NCBI GenBank assembly: GCA_047651235.1
Contig: CP178758.1
Location: forward strand, 3,480,001 to 3,512,000
DNA: 32,000 nucleotides
Source of the DNA: Candidatus Electrothrix yaqonensis
Lineage (GTDB): Bacteria > Desulfobacterota > Desulfobulbia > Desulfobulbales > Desulfobulbaceae
Reading direction: 5' to 3'
In this document: positions 23,712-32,000 of the stretch, piece after piece
Numbering within the stretch: position 1 is the stretch's first letter
Layout: each line of letters starts with the position of its first letter
Made by a program: the position numbers and the translations under genes
Notes under the pieces: generated by a model
Told to the model about the DNA's origin: nothing
The model's input: only the letters and a program-made list of their open reading frames with translations
Database searches by the model: none

Positions 23712-25427
23712 ATGTCCGAATCAGCATCTGCGCAGAAGATCATCATCGGCACCCTCGGGCCGGAGCATTCCCATACCTGGCAGGCCGCATCGCTGTACGC
23801 CCCGGAGGCCGAGGTCAGGCCCTATCCGCATTCCGCCGGGCTGATTGACGGCTTTCTTGCCGGGCAGATCGACCGAATGGTTATTCCGATCTACAACACC
23901 CGTGAGGGCGAGAATAAAAAGTATTTCCGCCTGTTCGAGCGCGTTAGAAAGGGGTACTGGACAGATAACGTTGTCCTGCCTGCTAATCTTTCCCTCGGCG
24001 TGTTTGCTAAGGATGTGCAGGCGGAGGAGCTGGAGATTTTGCTGGGCAAGCGGGCCGTGTTCCGGCAGTGCGATGAGTATATCTGCCAGCGTTTTCCTGA
24101 TGCCGCCCTGACCAGTGTGCACGATATGGAGCAGAACGTGGCCCGTATTCGGGAGCAGGGGCTGCGCAATCACGGGGTTATTGCCACGGCCGAGCTGCTC
24201 GATGCCTTGGGTCTGCACATCATTGAGCGGGAGGTTGCGCCGCATAACCGCACCCGGTATGCCGTGCTGGGCCGGGAAATTCCGCCGCCCACCGGCTACG
24301 ACGCCACCGTGTTCATGACCGGGCCGCTGGACGACAGGGTCGGGCTGCTGGTCGATATTCTGGGTGAGTTTTCCCGGCGGGGCATCAATATTCTGGACAT
24401 GAGTTCGGAAAACGATGTGAAATCGCAGAAACTGCAGATCTACATCGAGGCGGAGGGCCATATTGAGGATGAGGTGATGCGGGATGCGGTCACCTATATT
24501 GAAGAGCGGATTATCGGGCAGCGGAACCGTATCCGCCTTCTCGGCTGCTTTCCCCGGGTGGATATGCGGACCAAGAACATCGGCACGTTCGGCTTTATCG
24601 GCACCGGGGCTATGAGCGCCTGGTTTGCCGACCGGCTGGAAAACGAGGGCTACCGCATCTTCATGACCGGGCGCAGCACCGAGCTTCGGCCGGAGTCAAT
24701 GATTCCCCGGGTCGATGTGGTGGTGATCTGCGTGCCCATTTCTGCCACAGCAGACACGGTGCGCCAGTACGGCCCGCTGATTGAGGACGGCAAGGCTCTG
24801 ATCCTGCTGGCCGGAGAATCGGAGACTACGGTCAATACAGCCCTGGAGGTGACCGGCCCCGGCGTTGAGGTCATGCTGGTGCATAACCTCTGGGGGCCGC
24901 AGGCCGCGACCATGAAGGACAAAAACGCCATCGTGGTGCGCACCGGCCGCAGCGGCAGGTTCTGCAGCGAGTTCGAGGCGTTTCTGTATAAACATGGCGC
25001 CAGTATGTATCACGATTCTGCGCAAAAACATGATCTGCTCATGGGTATCGGCCAGAAACTGCCCACGGTGATCTCCGTGGCCTTGGCCATGACCTTGGCG
25101 GAGAACGGCATTACTGCCGATGATCTGTCATCCCACTGCACCCTGACTTCGCTCTATCCCATCCTGGCCATGGCGCGGGTGCATTCTCAGAATCCGCGCA
25201 CTTACGCGGAAATTATGTCCACCTCCGGCGAGAGCCGCAAGATTGTCCATGACTTTGCGGCAAACTTGGAGCATATAAAAAACATGGCGGATCAGGGCGA
25301 TCAGGCAGGTATTCAGGCGCTGTGCAGACTGATGGAGCAGAACAGCGGCCACCTGACCGCCGAGTTTCTCCGCAACCGGATGGATCAGGCCAGAGCGGTT
25401 GACGAGGTGCTGGGCGCGATTATCTGA
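23712..25427 (+). CDS. Fusion protein: prephenate dehydratase (PDT) + ACT regulatory domain + prephenate/arogenate dehydrogenase (TyrA-like)
   Basis: The N-terminal IIIGTLGPEHSHTWQAA...NRTRYAVLG is PDT-like. TVFMTGPLDDRVGLLVDILGEFSRRGINILDMSS...IYIEAEGH is ACT-like. The C-terminal IGTFGFIGTGAMSAWFADRL (Rossmann), VHNLWGP and SAQKHDLLMGIGQKLP are TyrA-like. No obvious SD precedes ATG 23712. Confidence 0.8.
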   Translation: MSESASAQKIIIGTLGPEHSHTWQAASLYAPEAEVRPYPHSAGLIDGFLAGQIDRMVIPIYNTREGENKKYFRLFERVRKGYWTDNVVLPANLSLGVFAKDVQAEELEILLGKRAVFRQCDEYICQRFPDAALTSVHDMEQNVARIREQGLRNHGVIATAELLDALGLHIIEREVAPHNRTRYAVLGREIPPPTGYDATVFMTGPLDDRVGLLVDILGEFSRRGINILDMSSENDVKSQKLQIYIEAEGHIEDEVMRDAVTYIEERIIGQRNRIRLLGCFPRVDMRTKNIGTFGFIGTGAMSAWFADRLENEGYRIFMTGRSTELRPESMIPRVDVVVICVPISATADTVRQYGPLIEDGKALILLAGESETTVNTALEVTGPGVEVMLVHNLWGPQAATMKDKNAIVVRTGRSGRFCSEFEAFLYKHGASMYHDSAQKHDLLMGIGQKLPTVISVALAMTLAENGITADDLSSHCTLTSLYPILAMARVHSQNPRTYAEIMSTSGESRKIVHDFAANLEHIKNMADQGDQAGIQALCRLMEQNSGHLTAEFLRNRMDQARAVDEVLGAII

Positions 25428-25683
25428 GGGGACAGCGGCCAGCCGGTGACCGCTATCATCTGCTCGGCATCGGTCTGAATAGCAATAATCAGATATTTCC
25501 TGCGGAGCTGCGGAAGACAGCAACCAGTATCCGCCGGGAAACATTAAACAGACGTCACCGTGCAATAGGTTGTCAGTGCAGTAGATAGGCTGAACAGCAG
25601 GCTCGGGAAATGCCTCAAATTTCAAAACACCCTATGAGGTATTTAAAGAATTACTACTTGAATCCAGGCTTTATAATAAGGCA

Positions 25684-26346
25684 GTGAACAGCGGCGAACT
25701 GGATATCATCTTTTCGGATCAGCATCTGGTCGTGGTCAACAAACCCGGAGGCCTGCTGGCCGTGCCCGGCCGAGGGCCGGAACGGCAGGACTGCGTGGTC
25801 ACGCGGGTGAAAGCACAGTTTCCGGAAGCCATTGCCCAACTTGCTGTGCATCGCCTGGATATGGCGACCTCCGGCCTGATGGTCCTAGCTCTGACAGCCG
25901 AAGCGCACCAGCATCTCAGCTGCCAGTTTGCTCAGCGGCAGGTGAAAAAGAGCTATATTGCCCTGCTGGATGGGGCAGTAGCCGGAGAAGGAGGCGAGAT
26001 CACTCTCCGCTTCCGGCTGGATACGGAGAACCGACCGTATCAGGTATATGATCCAGTGCAGGGAAAAATCGGTATCACCCGCTGGCGGCGTCTGCATGTC
26101 TCCGGGGCAGCCTCATCAACCTCAGGCCCCCGAACCAGAGTAGAATTCATTCCGCTCACCGGCAGAACCCATCAGCTCCGCCTGCACGCCGCCCATGCGC
26201 TGGGCCTAGGCTGCCCCATTCTCGGCGACAGCCTGTACGGCACCGGGACAATGGGTGATCCCATGTTCCTGCATGCGGCCAGGCTCTCCTTTCTGCATCC
26301 TGCAACTGGTGAGCAGCTGGAGTTCCGAAGCTCTGTCCCGTTTTAG
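25684..26346 (+). CDS. RluA-family pseudouridine synthase
   Basis: Motifs are VVVNKPGGLLAVPG and the catalytic HRLDMATSGLMVLA, then GRTHQLRLH and LHAARLSFLHP. The start is GTG. Confidence 0.85.
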   Translation: MNSGELDIIFSDQHLVVVNKPGGLLAVPGRGPERQDCVVTRVKAQFPEAIAQLAVHRLDMATSGLMVLALTAEAHQHLSCQFAQRQVKKSYIALLDGAVAGEGGEITLRFRLDTENRPYQVYDPVQGKIGITRWRRLHVSGAASSTSGPRTRVEFIPLTGRTHQLRLHAAHALGLGCPILGDSLYGTGTMGDPMFLHAARLSFLHPATGEQLEFRSSVPF

Positions 26347-26404
26347 AAACATTATACGAATTCAGGTATTTTGATGCCGCACTGATCAAGGACAAGAGCA
26401 GTTC

Positions 26405-26977
26405 TCAGTCTGCTTCCGACATTCTGAGCAGATATGCGGCAATCCCCCCTCCGACTGCCCCGAAGAGGTGGCCTTCCCAGGAAATGAAACCGTGCGGCAG
26501 GAGTCCGCCGAGCATTCCGGCACCATAGACAAAGGCGACAAAGATGGAGACCAGTGCCGGGATGATTTTTTTCTTCATCAGGCCGTAACTGACGAGAAAA
26601 GCGGTCAGCCCGTAAATGAGCATACTGGCGCCGATATGGTTGGCAGAGCGGGCAAAGATCCAGACCAGCATTCCGCCGCAGCCGATGATGACGGCAATCA
26701 CCTGAAAAAATATTCTGGGGTAGAATAGGATCAACAGCAGGCTCAGGACAAACAACGGCACGGTGTTGCTGATAAGATGTCCGAGACCGACATGGAGAAA
26801 ATTGCTGAACAGGATACCGGCAAGCCCCCTGAATGTACGGGGCACAATTCCGTAGGCATTGAGGTGACACGGGAGGGCGATATCGAGGAGATATACAGCC
26901 CAGATCGTGCAGACAAGATACGCAGGAATTGTCGCGACCCCGAGTTTCGAGCCGCCTGTGGGTGTGCTTGGTTTCAT
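26405..26977 (-). CDS. Rhomboid-family intramembrane serine protease (about 190 aa)
   Basis: Six hydrophobic segments are present. HVGLGHLISN, GASMLIYGL (the GxSxxxxG catalytic Ser motif) and WEGHLFGAVGGGIAAYLL (catalytic His) match the family. The start was set at internal ATG 26977 (MKPSTP...); the upstream extension to 27145 looks non-coding. Confidence 0.8.
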   Translation of the reverse strand: MKPSTPTGGSKLGVATIPAYLVCTIWAVYLLDIALPCHLNAYGIVPRTFRGLAGILFSNFLHVGLGHLISNTVPLFVLSLLLILFYPRIFFQVIAVIIGCGGMLVWIFARSANHIGASMLIYGLTAFLVSYGLMKKKIIPALVSIFVAFVYGAGMLGGLLPHGFISWEGHLFGAVGGGIAAYLLRMSEAD

Positions 26978-27215
26978 GATACTTTTTTGGTTACGGAAAA
27001 GCTGCATCCTGCAATCGACAGCGGGCTGCATTGCCGAAAACTTCCTGGCAGCGTAAACCTGATTCCGGAGTAACTGCCGGAGTGACCGGCAGGCTTCTCT
27101 GAAGCTCCAAAAAAAACGGGCAACGGAGCAAAAAAGGCCGATCAACCAAAGGACTCATTTCGGTTCACCGGCCTCCATCCGAGTGCTCTCTTCTCTCTTT
27201 TAACGAGAAACTCGG

Positions 27216-27497
27216 TCAGTCTTCAATAAGCCCTTCCTTGAGCGATTTACTCATGGTAAAATGCAGGGTCTTTCTGGCCGGAATATTCATCATCCTGCCG
27301 GTTTTCGGATTTTTTGTTGTGCGCGGTTTGCGGGTCCGTACCGAAAAACTGCCGAAACCGCGGATTTCAACCCGTCTTCCTTCCGTCAGGGCCTGCGTTA
27401 TATTTTCAAGTATGATATCGAGCGCCTGGGATACATCCTGTTTGTAGTACCCCCCTGTCCTTTCAGTAATCTCACTGACCAGTTCACGTTTGAGCAT
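27216..27497 (-). CDS. ihfB: Integration host factor beta subunit
   Basis: The protein is 93 aa with VEIRGFGSFSVRTRKPRTTKNPKTG...HF, which matches the IHF-beta pattern. It shows the conserved rpsA-ihfB gene order. Confidence 0.85.
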   Translation of the reverse strand: MLKRELVSEITERTGGYYKQDVSQALDIILENITQALTEGRRVEIRGFGSFSVRTRKPRTTKNPKTGRMMNIPARKTLHFTMSKSLKEGLIED

Positions 27498-27567
27498 ATT
27501 CAGTCCTTTTTTTTGTATGTATATAAATGATAAATGAGGTGGATAATTCTGCAGTTGATCGTAAAAA

Positions 27568-27595
27568 GAGTAAAAGAAAACAACCGGAACGGTTG
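27568..27595 (-). terminator. Rho-independent terminator/attenuator after rpsA
   Basis: On the minus strand the hairpin CAACCG-TTC-CGGTTG is followed by TTTTCTTTTAC. Confidence 0.5.
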
Positions 27596-27691
27596 CTGTT
27601 GCTGCAATGAGAAAGGGTACAATTTTTCCCCTTGTCCTCCCCGGGAAAAATCATACCCTTTCGGTTGATTAAGCAGAGAAAAAAAGAAGGG

Positions 27692-29464
27692 TTACTTATC
27701 AGAGGCTTCCTCTGCATCCTCCCCGGCATTATCTGCAGCAGCCTTCAGCAGATCGCCGAAGGTTGAAGGCCCTGAACTCTTCATCGGCTTCTGGTTCTGG
27801 ACAGATTCTTCCGCAGTACTGCTGTCAGCAGCAGCGTCTGTATCGTCACCCTCCAATGCTTTCAGCGACAGACCGATTTTGCGGTCAGCAGCAGATACAT
27901 TGATCACCGCAGTTTTCAGGGTATCACCCACATTGAACATGCCGACAGGGGTCTTGATTTTTTCACGGCTGATTTCAGACACATGAATCAGTCCTTCAAT
28001 TCCCTCCTCCAGCTGCACAAATACACCGAAATCCGTTACATTGGTGATGGTTCCCTCAACTTGGGATCCGGTGGGATAATTGCTGACCGCTGCCTGCCAC
28101 GGATCCGGTTCCAGCTGCTTGACACCAAGAGAGAACCGCTCGTTATCCTTGTCTATTTTCAGAACAACAGCCTGAATGGCCTCACCTTTGGTATATTTCT
28201 CAGAAGGATGCCTGATCCGTTCGGTCCAGGACAGATCAGAAACATGGATAAGGCCGTCAATCCCCTCTTCAATCCCGATAAACACACCGAAATCGGTGAT
28301 GTTTTTGATCTTGCCCTCAATAACAGCCCCGATCGGATAGGTTTCTTCAACCACCTCCCAGGGATTGGGCTGCAGCTGCTTCATGCCGAGCGAGATGCGC
28401 TTGGTTTCAGCTTCAACCTTGAGGACCTGTACCTCTATTTCCGACCCCACACTGACAATTTTGGACGGATGGCGGGGTTTCTTGGACCAGCTCATTTCGG
28501 AGATATGGACAAGGCCTTCCACGCCCTCTTCCAGCTCAACAAAGGCGCCGTAGTCGGTAATAGAAACCACCCTGCCGCCGATCCGGGAACCGACAGGATA
28601 TGTTTCCGGCACGGTTTCCCACGGATCCGATCTGAGCTGCTTGACACCGAGGGAGACTCTGTCTGAATCCTGGTCATATTTCAGCACCTTGACCTCAATC
28701 TCCTCGCCCACCGTGTACAGTTTGGAAGGATGAGACACCCGGCCCCAGGACAGGTCCGTGATATGACAGAGACCGTCCATGCCGCCGAGATCGATAAACA
28801 GGCCGTAATCGGTGATATTGGTGATGGCCCCGCAGATGGTCTGTCCTTCCTTCAGGGTTGCCCGCATCTGTTCACGCAGCTTGGAGCGTGCTTCTTCCAG
28901 AATGGCCCGACGGGAAATAACCACATTGTTGCGTTTGCGGTTGAATTTGAGCACCTTAAAGTCAAAGCTCTCGCCGATGAGGCTGTCCAGATCTTTGACA
29001 GGACGCAGGTCAATCTGCGAATACGGCAGAAAAGCGGGCACGCCGATATCAACCGACATACCGCCCTTGACTCGGCTCTCGATACGTCCCTCAATAGTGC
29101 CGTCCTCCTCCTGAATTGCGGCGATCTGTTCCCACACCTTGATAGCAATGGCCTTTTCCCGCGAGAGCAGCAGACCGCCTTCTTCTTTCCGCTTTTCGAT
29201 GAAGACCTCAAACTGATCGCCGATCTGAATTTCCCGATCCGGGTCTTCTCCGCGGAATTCGCCGATAGCGATATAACTCTCCGCCTTGTCACCGACATCA
29301 ATAAGGACCGCATCGCTGTTCAGGTCCACAACGGTGCCGATAGCGACCTCCTGGACGTTGATGACGGTATTGTTGTCTTCCTGCTCAAAAAGTTCAGCAA
29401 AGCTGATATCTTCCATACTATCTTCTGCTGCCGCTGCTGCGGGCTGAGTTCCATTGTCAGTCAT
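27692..29464 (-). CDS. rpsA: 30S ribosomal protein S1 (six S1 domains)
   Basis: The protein is 590 aa with repeated S1 motifs (G.V...TD.G.F(I/V).L......GL(I/C)H(I/V)S(E/D)(L/M)SW) six times. The C-terminal tail is acidic. Confidence 0.95.
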   Translation of the reverse strand: MTDNGTQPAAAAAEDSMEDISFAELFEQEDNNTVINVQEVAIGTVVDLNSDAVLIDVGDKAESYIAIGEFRGEDPDREIQIGDQFEVFIEKRKEEGGLLLSREKAIAIKVWEQIAAIQEEDGTIEGRIESRVKGGMSVDIGVPAFLPYSQIDLRPVKDLDSLIGESFDFKVLKFNRKRNNVVISRRAILEEARSKLREQMRATLKEGQTICGAITNITDYGLFIDLGGMDGLCHITDLSWGRVSHPSKLYTVGEEIEVKVLKYDQDSDRVSLGVKQLRSDPWETVPETYPVGSRIGGRVVSITDYGAFVELEEGVEGLVHISEMSWSKKPRHPSKIVSVGSEIEVQVLKVEAETKRISLGMKQLQPNPWEVVEETYPIGAVIEGKIKNITDFGVFIGIEEGIDGLIHVSDLSWTERIRHPSEKYTKGEAIQAVVLKIDKDNERFSLGVKQLEPDPWQAAVSNYPTGSQVEGTITNVTDFGVFVQLEEGIEGLIHVSEISREKIKTPVGMFNVGDTLKTAVINVSAADRKIGLSLKALEGDDTDAAADSSTAEESVQNQKPMKSSGPSTFGDLLKAAADNAGEDAEEASDK

Positions 29465-29745
29465 GGGTGTTTCTTTCCCCTGTGCACCGATACGTACCGG
29501 TCATCAGTATGGTCATTGTTGATTGTTTCTGCTGCCCCCCATGGACAGCTTTCCAAACCAGAAACATTTACCAGAGATATTGCTGAAAAACAACTTTTTC
29601 ATACTGAAAGACTGACTTTTTTTTCCGCGCAGCAAGCATACCCGAAAATCATGCGGCGCGTTCCCGTTCCGCAGAAAAATATATAGCGAAAATAGACCAA
29701 TATACGACAGAGCCGGACATGCAGCCCGTTTTTATGTTAATCCTG

Positions 29746-30504
29746 TTATCTTCCGTAGGAACTCAGCTCCTCAAGAAGCGGACCAAAGAGTTGCTCATAA
29801 TAGGGGATGGATTTATGCAGGACTATCTGAAAGTTCTTGATATCCTTGTCGCCGACCACCAGATTGGCACTGTTGGCCAGGGCCTCGATATCATACAGGG
29901 TGGTGAACTGCGGCCCGACCAGAATATAAAAAATATAGCGTCTTCTGGACATGGGCATTTTCCGCATATAAGTATGAAAAATGGAGCCTTCCAGCGTTCC
30001 GCCTTCAAACCCGGTATGAAAAACAACACTGGCAAAACTGACCGAACTTACCTGTTCTATGGCTTCCTGCGCGGTTGTCACGGTAACCACCTGATAGCCC
30101 AGTGCTTCCATAGCCGAGCCGAGCTGATGCCGGATTCCGTCATCATCGTGCAGCACCAGACTCGTCGGGACATCCCGGGCAGTATCTTCCAATAACCCGG
30201 CCTGCTTTTCTTCATCCAGCCAGTTTGTATTGGGCGGCGGCGGCGGCTTGATGACCGCAGCAGACTCTTCCTTTTTTTTTTCCGGCGCCTTGGCCTTATC
30301 AACGGCTTTCCCGGCAGTTTTCGGCGCGGCAGCAGCACCCGCTGCCTCACCGGCGGCATCAAGCTGCATGGGCTTTTTACAGTGCGGGCATTTCAGCGGC
30401 AGCCTCTGGCCTGATTTGAGTTTTTTCAGGGCCTGTTCTATCTTGGCCAGCTGGGCCGCATTAAATTTAAGCGCACCCTGACAGTGGGGACAGTTGCTGA
30501 TCAT
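29746..30504 (-). CDS. MJ0042-type zinc-ribbon protein with a C-terminal receiver-like (pseudo-receiver) domain
   Basis: An AAAGGAG SD precedes ATG 30504, which lies 10 nt after the PilT-like gene's stop codon. The N-terminus MISNCPHCQGALKF...LKCPHCKKPMQL has two CxxC pairs. An Ala/Lys/Pro-rich linker follows. The C-terminal VLHDDDGIRHQLGSAMEALGYQVVTVTTAQEAI... resembles a CheY-like fold, but His (VVFHTGF) sits where the phospho-acceptor Asp is expected. Confidence 0.7.
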   Translation of the reverse strand: MISNCPHCQGALKFNAAQLAKIEQALKKLKSGQRLPLKCPHCKKPMQLDAAGEAAGAAAAPKTAGKAVDKAKAPEKKKEESAAVIKPPPPPNTNWLDEEKQAGLLEDTARDVPTSLVLHDDDGIRHQLGSAMEALGYQVVTVTTAQEAIEQVSSVSFASVVFHTGFEGGTLEGSIFHTYMRKMPMSRRRYIFYILVGPQFTTLYDIEALANSANLVVGDKDIKNFQIVLHKSIPYYEQLFGPLLEELSSYGR

Positions 30505-30514
30505 ATTTTCTCCT

Positions 30515-31690
30515 TTATTCTTCCTCTTCCTGCTCCATTGCAAGACCGGTTATAGAGGTCGTACTTTTCCCTTGAGAAGCCTTGATATTATCCATTCCCC
30601 GTTTGATCACGCTGCGGTTGCTGCAGTAGGTCAGGGCCGCTTCTTCGGTAATCTTGCCCAGAGTAAACAGCCGCAGCAGATCCTGATCAAAGGTCTTCAT
30701 ATCAAGCGTACTGCCGTCCTGAATGACATTATAAAAGGTTTTTTCCGCTGCCACATCCTCCCCGTTGAGCAGCAGATCCGTGACCCGGAGACTGCTGCGC
30801 AGGATTTCCTGGGACGCCACCCGGCCGCCGCCGACCTTGGGCAGCAGCCGCTGACTGACCACCCAGCGGATGGTATCAGCCAGGCGGACCCGGATCTGTT
30901 CCTGTTCATCATGTTCAAACATACCGATGACCCGGTTCAGAGTCTGGCCGGCATCAATGGTATGCAAAGAGGAAAAAACCACATGGCCGGTTTCTGCCGC
31001 AGTAAGGGCAATCTCCAGGGTAACCCGGTCACGGATCTCACCCACCAGAATAACCTTGGGCGCCTGCCGCAGGGCAGCCCGCAGGCCGTTGGCAAAGCTG
31101 TCAAAATCATCTCCCTGTTCCCTCTGATTGAAGGTCGCCTTTTTATGCGGATGGACGTATTCGATCGGGTCTTCCAGGGTAACAATATGCACGGACCGGG
31201 TCTTGTTAATCTGATTCAGGATAGACGCCAGTGAGGTGGTTTTGCCGGTTCCGGTGCCGCCGGTAAAGAGAATAAGACCGTTCCGTTCTTCGGCCATATC
31301 GTAGAAACAATGCGGAAATCCGAAGTCTTCAATGGAAGGAATCTTGGTTTCCAGTTTTCTCAGTACTGCGGAATAACATCCCTTCTGCGTAAAAATATTG
31401 ACCCGGAACCGGACGCTGTCTGCCCCCCGCTCCAGAACATAGGAGAGGTCACAGGAGCCTGTATTGACCAGATCGTGCAGCAGGCGCTGGTTGCCGTTGA
31501 TCAGATTGAGGGCAAAAACCTCGGCCTGAAAAGGGGTGAGTTCCTTGACCGGCGGCTCGACGTCAACCGGTGTCAGCTGACCGTCGATCTCGACCTGCAG
31601 ACTTTTACCCACTGTGATGTTCAGGTCGGAGACTCCTTTTTTCATGCCCAGCATGGCAGCGACCCAGTAGGCGTTTTCCGGCTGTTTCAT
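30515..31690 (-). CDS. PilT/PilU-family type IV pilus retraction-type hexameric ATPase (divergent paralog)
   Basis: Walker A is FTGGTGTGKTTSLASIL, Walker B is VILVGEIRD and the His box is GHVVFSSLHT. The start was set at ATG 31690 (MKQPENAYW...); the ORF-track start at 31762 is upstream and lacks support. Confidence 0.85.
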   Translation of the reverse strand: MKQPENAYWVAAMLGMKKGVSDLNITVGKSLQVEIDGQLTPVDVEPPVKELTPFQAEVFALNLINGNQRLLHDLVNTGSCDLSYVLERGADSVRFRVNIFTQKGCYSAVLRKLETKIPSIEDFGFPHCFYDMAEERNGLILFTGGTGTGKTTSLASILNQINKTRSVHIVTLEDPIEYVHPHKKATFNQREQGDDFDSFANGLRAALRQAPKVILVGEIRDRVTLEIALTAAETGHVVFSSLHTIDAGQTLNRVIGMFEHDEQEQIRVRLADTIRWVVSQRLLPKVGGGRVASQEILRSSLRVTDLLLNGEDVAAEKTFYNVIQDGSTLDMKTFDQDLLRLFTLGKITEEAALTYCSNRSVIKRGMDNIKASQGKSTTSITGLAMEQEEEE

Positions 31691-31877
31691 ACATGACCTC
31701 GCTGTATCAGGTTGACCTGCCCGGCACGGACAGGAACGGGAGAACCGTTTCCGCATTGACAAAAACGATCATTATTGAATACTATCCCCGGCGGATGCTG
31801 TAATAAGTATGAAACTGATATCGGCAAACTGCAAGTGTTTTTTCAGACGGGACAGGGGACAACAGGAGAAATCAGGT

Positions 31878-32000
31878 ATGGAACTTTCTATCAGTGACGA
31901 GAAAACCAAAGAGCTGCTCACGGAAGTGGTCATTGAGCTGCTGAAAAGCAAACGAGATCTTATTCATGATATTCTGCTGGAAGCACTGGAGGAGGTCGGG
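31878..32000 (+). CDS. Hypothetical small protein, N-terminal 41 aa only (runs off the window); antitoxin-like helical N-terminus
   Basis: An AGGAG SD lies 8-9 nt upstream of ATG 31878. The product starts MELSISDEKTKELLTEVVIELLKSKRDLIHDILLEALEEVG and is open to the window end. A TTGACA box lies at 31756-31761. Confidence 0.45.
   Translation, partial: MELSISDEKTKELLTEVVIELLKSKRDLIHDILLEALEEVG

Noticed and set aside
23721-24461. A 246-aa minus-strand ORF overlapping the PDT domain
   Set aside because: It is a shadow ORF in a region of about 60% GC, while the plus-strand frame carries clear PDT/ACT motifs.
27983-29686. Plus-strand ORFs of 227 aa and 318 aa opposite rpsA
   Set aside because: They are antisense to ribosomal protein S1, whose six S1 repeats are unambiguous.
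30494-31234. A 246-aa plus-strand ORF opposite the PilT-like gene
   Set aside because: It is antisense to a gene with intact Walker A, Walker B and His-box motifs.

Overview
The window looks like a bacterial chromosomal segment. Core genes run roughly 50-60% GC by eye, and lower-GC accessory modules sit between them. Gene content (MJ0042-type zinc ribbon, divergent PilT-like ATPase, FNT channel, several Uma2/Rpn nucleases, a GEMM-like leader) suggests a Desulfobacterota (Desulfobulbales-like) genome, but that taxon is inference only. Core genes are: the 3' part of a multi-MCE pqiB-like gene, an FNR-like reductase, prmA, a coupled DUF1538 / PII-like / CBS / nucleoside-phosphorylase operon, an FNT channel, PIN-PhoH (PhoH2), a fused prephenate dehydratase-ACT-prephenate dehydrogenase, an RluA-family pseudouridine synthase, a rhomboid protease, rpsA-ihfB, and a PilT-like ATPase coupled to a zinc-ribbon/pseudo-receiver protein. 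Accessory content comes in two blocks. (1) A lower-GC insert at about 5.0-8.55 kb carries a large gene of unknown function. That gene is inactivated by an in-frame TAA and by a 1501-bp IS with 23-bp inverted repeats and a perfect 9-bp target duplication. The IS transposase is itself broken. (2) A minus-strand three-gene cell-envelope operon encodes a 54-aa secreted peptide, a 652-aa protein with three C-terminal SLH domains, and a 1242-aa CARDB/cadherin-like/beta-propeller adhesin. The SLH gene has a strongly AT-rich 5' two-thirds. Non-coding candidates include a structured element with GEMM-I (cyclic-dinucleotide riboswitch)-like sequence signatures far upstream of the FNT gene. They also include a duplicated roughly 50-nt leader heading two paralogous signal peptides, and several intrinsic terminators. 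No rRNA, tRNA or CRISPR array was seen. All family assignments rest on motif recognition by eye, since no searches could be run.
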